Assembly (NCBI GenBank): GCA_010015585.1
Contig: ML975188.1
Length of the DNA: 20,000 bases
Strand: one strand, 5' to 3'
Source: Eremomyces bilateralis CBS 781.70
Lineage: Eukaryota
Part shown: positions 11,577-20,000 of the stretch, one piece after another
Numbering within the stretch: position 1 is the stretch's first letter
Layout: every line of letters begins with the position of its first letter
The notes under the pieces: model-generated
What the model saw: only the letters and a program-made list of their open reading frames with translations
Told to the model about the DNA's origin: nothing
Databases searched by the model: none
Program-made: the position numbers and the translations under genes

Positions 11577-12235
11577 GGCAGCATAGTATCAGGTCATCAG
11601 CTGGGTTTATTGGAATGCAAGATGCAGTGAGGTGTAGACTGTAACATGGAGCATCGGGGACGTCACCATCGATAAAACAATTCCTGAATCGCGAGACTGT
11701 CCAACTAAACATGGGCGACCAATTAGCGCGTCATCGTAGACCTCTACGGCTGACGATAGCGACCAGCGTATAATTTGAACATACATCGATACATGTGGTG
11801 AAAGCAAGTGAATGTCTTCACCTCGACGCCTTCCTGGGGGAGACCTGCATTAACCAATTGAACTAAAAGAAATGTAGCGGGGAATTACATAGCTATCTTT
11901 ACAATGGGAATATGCGAAAACAACAACAATCGAAGGTTGTGACTCTTCAAGGATGCTTCTATGTCATTGATATTGCGGTTTCTTCCACTCCGCTTACTCC
12001 TGACATGAACAATAATGCCGGTGCAGTCATTGCTTGGTTGCAGATATTGTCGAGTTGGAATACGAATTTCCTACAAACATGGGAGGGCGCTGACCTCCAT
12101 TAAGTACGGATATAGTCTACCTGTGGATCATGACCCTTCCCTCTTTAGTACACACATTCGAATCGATTGAATCCTGGTCTGCCATGCTTGAATGCCCGCT
12201 GACCCATGAAGCCTCAGCGAAAAGCATCCCTGTCA

Positions 12236-14051
12236 TCACCACCCTCTTCCCCTACCTCTCCCACCTCCGCGGCCACCCATCCCACCCCATCCCTGTGGTC
12301 CCTGCGGCCCACCTTGCCAGCTCGGAACCTGTGGGGGCTGCTGCTGCGTTCCTGGCCATGATGGCATCGGACCTGCGTATGGCATACCCATCGGCGGCGG
12401 AGGGGGGATCGAGAAACCTCCAGGCGCAATAGGAGGAGGCGGATGCGGAGGCCAATTCCCGGTGTAGCCCGCTGGGGGAGGGGGGATCTGCATTTGCATG
12501 CTGTTAGGTCCCATCGGCATTGGGAACGGCATGTTCGCGAACTGTAGGTTTGGCGGAGGGAACGGGCCGGACGAAAATGGTGGTTGGCCCTGAAATGATG
12601 CAGGAAATGGAGGTCCGGGAGCTGGTTGTGAGATGGGCGGAGAATATTGCAGAGGGGGCGGCCCTTGATTCCTTGGGCGATCGCGCCATTCTCTTGGTTC
12701 ATTGCTAGCGTGAACTTGTGGTCTTAACTGCGATCGTGAGCGAGAACGGCGAGATTTATGCGGATACGGTGATCTTGAGCGCGATGAAGAGTATCGCCGT
12801 CTCCTCGCCGCTCGCGAGGACGACTTGGACCGTGAACGTCCGTTGCGCGTGCGATCCCGCGAGTGGTTCCGTGATCGGCTGCGAGAATGGCTGCGCTGGT
12901 CCCGTCGTTTAGGAGTGCGCGAGCTGCCTCGACTCGGTGTATAGGACCGCTGCCTCGGTCGGCTGCTCGAGCGACTTCTTTCTCGACCCCGCGCACTCCC
13001 CGAGGCAAGTTCCCTCGCTCGCCGCTTCATCTGCTCACAGAAAGAAGCAGACCAGCCATAGTACGTGTCCAGCGGCACTAGCTCGCCCGTGTCGGGGTCC
13101 TTCACCAGTGGCTGGCCCATCGCATCTACGTCTTGTACTTGCTCATCAGCATATGGCGAGCGGAAGATTCGATCAATGTCCTCCATGAAATCCTTGACCG
13201 TATTCACAAGACCTGAGTCTGCAGGACCCCGTGTAAGTTGGATCGGTTTCATGTGCGAAATATTGATCGGTCTCGGCGAATTCGGTCGTATATGCGGCAT
13301 CATGTTTGCGGCAGGAAGATCGTAGTAAGGCGTGGAAGGGTCGCCATGAGTCGCGGGCAGATTATAGGGAACATCTTGATTATCCCCCCATCCTTTGACA
13401 GCGGCAGCGCGAGTCTGGCTCGTTGGTATTGGGAAGTCGGAGGTCTTCGCCGCAGTGGCACGTTCTCGTAATCTTGAAATCTCGCCTGATTCTAGAAGTT
13501 TTTGTCGCTCCCAAACGGCCAGCAAATCATCGAGCCTCCTCTCTAGCTTTGCGTGGCCTTTCGAGGAAGCCGACGTATGTGCAACCAGCTCCAACAGATG
13601 CGGTTGGATGCCATTCGAGAAGGACTTGTAGTTCGCCGATGTCGCCTCGTGGTATCGCAAATGATGCAACGCGTCGCTTAGAAGGTACAGTATATGGAGG
13701 CGCCTGCGCGCCGAGGAGGGGGCAGCCTTTGACCCTCCATCATCCAACGATGCGGACACCGCCGCAAGGTATTTCACAAGCGATGTGGTCTTGGAGCTGG
13801 AAGGCACGCAGTTACTGACGAGCCATTTCCGGCATTGCTATCGCATTGCGACGGTTTAGTGGATCCCGAAACAATCACTTCGATCGGGATAGAATTCAAA
13901 CCTGAACGTTGGTCGGCGAGCACTCGAGGAGTACGGTGTTGAGGAGGGTGTGGAAACGCGATAGCTCGTCACGCGACACGGGGGTTGGATCGGGTCGTAG
14001 CAATCCTGCAGCGAAAGACGCCTTGGCTACTGAAAGACTAATCGAAGTCAT
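12236..14051 (-). CDS. CID (RNA Pol II CTD-interacting)-domain protein with RS-rich, Pro-rich and RGG tail, CHERP/SCAF6-like, about 583 aa; exons 14051-13902, 13837-12236
   Basis: Exon 1 MTSISLSVAK...ECSPTNVQ, 64-nt intron (GTTTGA..TAG), then QCRKWLV...RRLHILYLLSDALHH (CID-like), PYYDLPAANMMPHI, long RS dipeptide tract, poly-Pro and a terminal GGRGGGRGRGRGW. Confidence 0.8.
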
Positions 14052-14294
14052 AGTGTTGAAGCAGCATTATTGCCCCGTGTATTGGTGCGAGGTTGAGGAA
14101 AATAGGCCAGTGGTGCATAAAGGCAACCTTTCTGCCCCAAATCATCACGAGCGCAGCTAGCACGTGATCTCTCCCATCCTAGAGTATAGCATCACCCCCC
14201 GTAGGATTATTAATCAAGGTATTCCTAATCATGGGGAGGAAACACGGAAATAGTTGAATCGCTCAAAAACAGCATCTTCGCGACGAGTGCATAC

Positions 14295-14308
14295 TTCCTA
14301 ATTAGGAA
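14295..14308. promoter_or_regulatory. Perfect palindromic CArG/Mcm1-type site TTCCTAATTAGGAA
   Basis: 14-bp perfect palindrome containing CC(A/T)6GG, about 245 nt upstream of the CID-gene ATG. Confidence 0.45.
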
Positions 14309-14445
14309 ATCAAATGATCCCCTTTTCTCATCTGATCGTCTGATCGTACAGTGATGTTTTGATCCTGATCTCGCGCCACATAACTACCTTGCTTACAGCA
14401 TTCACTCTCCGCCTTCCGGAAATCCTCCGCATCCACGCCACCCAG

Positions 14446-17400
14446 CTATGAACTCCGTCCTAACAGTGCCGCCTGCGAAGAAAGCGGAATTGAGGATGAC
14501 GATCCGACTGCCCGTCGGATATCCTACACTATGTCAACACCGCGCGATTGATTCAAATAATGTAAACAAACCTCTGCCGTGATATGCTGGTTCTCCCTCC
14601 TCTGCGCATCCTCCTTCCGGAACTTCATCGTCTCGCTCTCCGTGCGAGGGTTCAAATCCTGCAAGTCGAATGGAGCCTCAAACATGATCCCTCTAAGGCT
14701 TTTCACACGGGAGACTGCCACATAGGTCAGGCCAGGCGCGAACTCCCGCTCCGAAATGTCCAGCACAGCCCGTTCTAGAGTCATTCCCTGCGACTTATGC
14801 GTTGTGATGGCATAGGCGATGGTCAACGGGAACTGTGAACGTGAGCAGGAAGTATTCTCGATATAGAACTCGCGGCGTGATAGGAGGATTGGGACCAAGC
14901 CAATGCCGCCTACGTCCAACGTCGGTCCATCATACCGATCGAATTGAACGAGGAGTACGGAAGGAGGATCCTTATGGATATCAGCACCAGCCTGCCAGCT
15001 AATATCACGCACTGTTCCCATCGCACCGTTCACCAGGCCTCGTTCGGTCCAGAGATTCTCTGTCAACATAATACGGGTTCCCAACGCCATCGGAATCTCC
15101 GAATGGAGGTTTCCTGCCTCATTAGTCGGAACTTTTTCTGCCTTCGCCCCTCCTTCGTGAATAGCTCGACATATCATAACAGGAGAACGGAGATCGCGTA
15201 AACGACAGTAGTTATACACGGCGACCGGCGCTTTCTTACCAAAGATACGGAGAGTGTCCCCAAACGATGCTACCTCCTCAGACGGAAGCATGGCCTGTAC
15301 TCGTGTACTAAGCAGTGTCCAGTCGTCACGAGTTGCGGAGCCTATCCGCAGGTGATCGAGAGCCTGGCGGAACTGAATCGACTCAACGTCATTACCCTGC
15401 TGCCGCACGACTTCATCAAGTTTGATCGTTCGCTCGAATTGGTAGTAGATACTACGCCCATGCCGTTCATCTAGATTTAGATGACTCTTCTGGTTATAAA
15501 GAGCAGTTGCCAAGACCGGAGGAAGCTGGAAGAAGTCGCCACAGAGGAGAATACAGAGACCACCGAAAGACTTGTCTACGCCAGGAAAGATCTCGCGGCA
15601 ACGACGGTCAATATGGGAGAGCTGGCGAAGGCCGATCATAGATTTTTCATCGATAATCAGGTACCGTATACCCCGGAAGGTGGCCTGAGCGGCTTGAAGA
15701 GCAGCCGGCCGGAGGGGATCGAGAGAATTGATATTCTGGACAGGAAGACGGAAAAGAGTATGTAGTGTCGACGCGGAGAGACTGTGAGCTGCGACGCCCG
15801 TAGGCGCAGCACGAAGAACAGGGTTCGGTAATCTATGCCGTGAAGCTGCCTCCTGGAGATGCGAGGAGATCAGCTGAATAACAAAAGACTTCCCTGTACC
15901 CGCCTCGCCATCAACGTTAATCAGAAGCTGAGGCCCAGGAGTGCCTGTCGCAATAACGTGTGCGAAGTGGGTCGTCAGGATATCGTATGTTATACGTTGT
16001 TTAGCGTTCAGCTTTTCAACGGTATCAGGTGCGAAGGGAACAGCTTCATGAATATAGGGATACTGGGCCTTTGCAGTGGCCCACCACTCCTTCGTAATCT
16101 CATACTTCCCGACATGGGACGCCCAATCGTACTCACGGTCAAGAGGTCGTTGACCAAGGGCATCTGGGTCCTCTAGAACGGTTCTATCGCGACCAGGCAG
16201 TTGACCGGCGAGCTCATCCCAGCTCCCTTGCTGATCCTCCTCCTCATTGGCGCCTTCTTCAAACTCATCCTCGTCCGCAAGAACAATAGGGTCGTAATGA
16301 TCCACCGGATGGTTATGCTGACCATTCACGCAAGACGCGGAATACACCTCAGAATACGACGCAAAAAGCAGACCATCAAGCTCGGGCCGGAGGAGATCAT
16401 CCATACGGCGGAAGGGGTGATGTAGCATCAGTTTAACGCGACACCAGTCTTCGCGGGTATCGCCGACCGATGAATATCGGGGGAAGTAATTTAACGCCCG
16501 CTCCTTCCCTTCTCCTCTCTTCCGAATTGAGTTAACCCGTGCGAATTCATAGCAACGTAGAAACTCAAGATAGGAAATGTCGTTAAACGCTTCAGGTCTT
16601 TGCTTATACTTTTGAAGAGGGGAGAGGCCGCTCTGGATAGTCCCATCGTCCTGGATTTCAATTCCTTGGGGCTGCTCCACCTCCGGGCGACAATCGACGG
16701 AAATCACCACGCGTGAAGAGACTTGGAGGGGGAGATCAAGAAGAATATGGGAAACCTCCTGGGCTGACCAATCCCGCTCACCAATTAGACGATTCATAAT
16801 CTTCGTGGTCAGCGAAAGGAATGGCCGGCGCGTATGTTCGGGAACGATCGTTAGGAGATGTTTTAGGATATCGTGGAAGGTGGCCGTCTTCTTCTCTGGT
16901 TTTGAGCAGTACTTTCCAAGATACGCTAATACTGCTCGACTCCCTGTACAGGGCGTGATATCGATATTCGCAAGCCAGGCTGTGATAAGGGCAGGGTTGC
17001 TGTGATTTAACCGATCATCGTTCCGGATACCGCGAAAGTTAAAGAACCTAGGGTTGCCTTCATCCTTCGTAACCACAGGCACATCCCGGATCCGCCATGG
17101 GGCGTAGAAACGACACTCCTTCCGGTCAGTGCGTTTATTCGTACGGAGGCAGTACGCATCACTGCAGTGGTGCCTCTGTACACGGTTGATGATAGCCGAG
17201 TAATGGGCCAGTATATTCTCCTGGGTGTGGGGACTTAGCGCGATAGCACTCCGCTCATCCTCTGGTCGCACCCGACGGGAAGGTTCGGGGTTTAACGCCG
17301 TGATGTGACCGCCCCAGAACTGCGCAAATTTCTCAAGGGCGGCAGGGAGATCCTCCGTAGGGATACGATCAAGCTCGCTGTTAGGGCAGGCACGGTCTAG

Positions 17401-19709
17401 CCAGAGGAGGAAATGTGAGTGCGACGAGCCGCGACCCTGCCACTCGTATCGGCCCCATTGATCGCGGATGTTAAACTTAGGATCTACTAAATTCTTGTAG
17501 AGAGCCTCACGGCGCCGATGAAAGAGGAAGGCGGCGATATGGGGATAGTCTCGGAGGTTCCGGCGTGAGATTGAGATCCGCTCCGCTGGAGATCCATTAC
17601 GCCACTCCTCATATTGAGGTAAATGACGCTGTAGATCATCCCAGTGGTAATCGGCGGCCGACAGCGTTAAAAAGATGTCGGGAGACCCAAACCATTGCAC
17701 GGTAGCTTCAAGCTGCTTACCACGCCCAATCCAATAGGGCCGCGTGCCGCGTAGACTCCCTGAAAAACGGATAATAGAGTTCAGAAGGGCCTGGGCTTCA
17801 GGAGAGTCATCCGCAAAAGCAGCACGGAGTTCCTCAAGAGATAGATCATTATGCTCAGGACGTTGACGAACGAAGTAAGATGCACGGGTACTGACCTGTT
17901 TCCGGAAAAGAGTGTTAAAAAGGACATACCGTAGGCGCGGATGTTTCGCAAAGCGACCATCGTGGAACCTCATCAGATGCTTAATATATTCACGATACTC
18001 TACCTTACGGAGACGGGGATGAACGAAGTCCCCAATACCGCAGGGGAAGCAGCTTGGGAACGCCAGGCTTAGAAGAGCCTGAGAGTGGTTAAACTCAGAT
18101 AGAGGAGTCAATCTAAACTCAGGCATCGTCAGATGCTCACGTCGACGTTCATGAGCATCATCGACATGCTGCCGAAGTTGCTCCATCTCCGTCTGGGGTT
18201 GGAGGAGATCCGGGACTACGGCGACGTAATCTACCTCGTCTCCCGTATCGTCATCGCCGCCTCCTAGCTCTTCTTCCTCAATAGTCTGGACGCCGACCTC
18301 TTCCATAATACTATCATCAATAGGAAGATGCTGCACGCGGCTAGGGTCGACGACGACATCGCGATATCCGGGGTGGTAAACCTTTAGATGGGTTAGCAAC
18401 TGCTCACGACAGATATCTAGGGGGGTGAACCTTGAGATGGGTTAGCCACTGCTCGATGACAGTACGGCGAACACGGTAGTCGCGTCGAAACTGGCGCTGC
18501 ATACGGGGATCCTGATCCCAATTCGCAGGGCGAAGGACAACGATCTCAAGGTCTTTCGGAAGGAGAGGTAGTCGATTGTATACACGCCCCACGTCTCTCA
18601 TAAAGTTGATGATATGTCCTGTATAACGGTACTGAAGACCGTTAACCTTTCGAACCTCCACAGCACAATGGACACGGGCGATAAGGAGCTCCTCTACTTG
18701 AGATAACTCAGGAAGATTGTGATGCGACGGGCCCAGACCAGGATTTAAATGATTCTCTGCGGAATACAGCGGTGGTAAATCGCCTCGTTTCCTATCGTCG
18801 ATCCTACATCGATGACATATACCATCCACGAGACGCATATCAAACCATTTTTCGTCACATTGGGCGCAGTGCTCAAGGTTCAAACTAGCCATCTCCTGGT
18901 GGAAGGCCTTAACGTATCCCCAATCCTGCTCGGAAAGATTGGCATCCTGGATGTTGAAATCCCGGGACTGGGGATCGAGGCGAACATCTCCGCGCTGAAG
19001 TGCTTCTGTACGACCATCATCTCGCTGTTGACGTGTACGATTGCGTTGCTCATCTCTCCGTTGACGTGTACGATCGCTTTGCTCATCTGTCCGTTGACGT
19101 GTACGATCGCGTTGCTCATCTTCCTGATGACGTGTACGGGGTTGCTCATCGCCCTGAATTTGGGATAACCCGGCCAAGGAGATCGGACTTAGACGCCTAA
19201 ACCCGTTGTCGCCATCATCAGGAGCACCTTGACCTGATTGCGGTTGATGTGAAGGTGATAGCCTCCGTCGTTGGAGATAATCCCCGAACGTTGGTAGCGG
19301 CTGGACATTACGGTGTAGACGAGTAGCAGCGCGATGAGCCCGTGACATAGCATTATACTCCCTGCGAGCAGCGGCTCTATCCCCATCGTCTTGGCTATGT
19401 ATTCCGGCACGGTGGAATAGGGAAGCCTCCCGCCTCCAAGACCTATCGTCCTCAGTGTCGGTTGGTTGCGAGGACGAGGCGTCTCGCGTAGACGTAGCGG
19501 CGGGTCGAAGATAGGGGGTCTAATGATGTCAGCTTGAACGTATTCGAATCATTCACTCTACCTACAGCATCACCATGATCGTGGCCGTAACGACATCGCC
19601 AGCACTTCTTGACCAGTAGTCGGCGACGCTTCGAAGTAAACTCCTTATCAACCCTCCAGGACCTACAATTCGAGCATACTCTACCACCGGCGTCTCCAGA
19701 AGATGACAT
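14446..19709 (-). CDS. Helitron RepHel transposase, about 1706 aa (predicted exons 19709-19566, 19519-18431, 18381-14572, 14523-14446)
   Basis: Rep motifs PDIFLTLSA, YEWQGRGSSHSH (HUH), YLGKYCSK (Y2). PIF1 motifs GEAGTGKS, AAPTGVAA, LIIDEKSM, GDFFQLPPV, QFPLTIAYAITTHKSQGMTL, YVAVSRV. N-terminal CxxC..CxxC motifs and LPELSQVEELLIAR region. The exon model is inferred from splice signals; the core 14524-18399 is one open frame. Confidence 0.85.
18363..18454 (-). repeat. Tandem duplication with 49-nt period inside the RepHel gene (37/43 identity)
   Basis: gagcagtggctaacccatctcaaggttcacccccctagatatc vs gagcagttgctaacccatctaaaggtttaccaccccggatatc. Confidence 0.95.
19022..19150 (-). repeat. Coding minisatellite, 4 units (one 30 nt, three 33 nt) encoding DEQxxRTRQxx
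   Basis: GATGAGCAA..CGTACACGTCA.. starts at 19150, 19120, 19087 and 19054. Confidence 0.92.
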
Positions 19710-19873
19710 GTCGGAGGCGTAATAATAGAAGGATAAGTAAGTGGTAGATCAGGAATAAGAAGTAGATTGATTGATTGGTATCCCTACGCCCGTTAGGCCT
19801 CCCTGCGAGGCCCATGTGGGAAGAGTGGTGGAGAGGAAAGAGAGCGACAGAAAGTAAACAGTAAAAAGCATCG

Positions 19874-19912
19874 AAATCACGTGGTTTCCTCTCATAAATC
19901 ACGTGGTTTCCT
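19874..19912. repeat. Two perfect 17-bp direct repeats AAATCACGTGGTTTCCT (period 22) upstream of RepHel
   Basis: Copies at 19874-19890 and 19896-19912, each containing the E-box CACGTG. Confidence 0.9.
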
Positions 19913-20000
19913 TTCGCGAACCCCTGTCTAGCCAATGAGAGGGCAATAAAAAGTTTTTGATTCTACCAATACCACTTAAGTAACTCGCTACGCTCGTGAT

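Larger units (their letters stand above)
14100..20000 (-). mobile_element. Helitron-like rolling-circle transposon (non-canonical, Helitron2/HLE-type); boundaries approximate, 5' end at or beyond the window edge
   Basis: Encodes a HUH Rep + PIF1 helicase fusion. 15/17 inverted repeat between 14144-14160 and 19984-20000, hairpin at 14115-14135. No canonical CTRR|T 3' end seen. Confidence 0.85.

Noticed and set aside
14157..14182. CTAG tetramers as canonical Helitron 3' ends (14157-14160, 14179-14182)
   Set aside because: Neither is followed by the T of an A|T target on the minus strand, and no convincing GC-rich hairpin lies at the usual distance upstream.
14524..18399. Cellular PIF1/RRM3 helicase gene
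   Set aside because: The helicase is fused to a HUH/Y2 Rep domain, which is diagnostic of a Helitron-type transposase.
19022..19150. Regular repeats as a CRISPR-like array
   Set aside because: No unique spacers; in-frame coding minisatellite in a eukaryotic transposase.

Overview
Eukaryotic (filamentous ascomycete-type) genomic DNA with short spliceosomal introns (46-92 nt, CTRAC branch points). Positions 1-14050 are a compact host gene block: HIS4-type trifunctional histidine biosynthesis gene (3' truncated by the window), an MCH-type MFS transporter, IMPACT/YIH1, an apparently frameshifted membrane-protein gene, acetoacetyl-CoA synthetase ending in a peroxisomal SKL, UGO1 (with a GC-AG intron) and a CID/RS-domain (CHERP-like) gene. 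Positions ~14100-20000 hold a non-canonical Helitron-like rolling-circle element. It encodes a reconstructable ~1700-aa Zn-finger/HUH-Rep/PIF1-helicase protein and has candidate inverted-repeat termini. The most unusual feature is a diverged 49-nt tandem duplication inside the RepHel gene that breaks the frame but can be removed exactly as a GT-AG intron, a candidate intron born by tandem duplication. All gene identities come from recognising motifs by eye; no searches were run.
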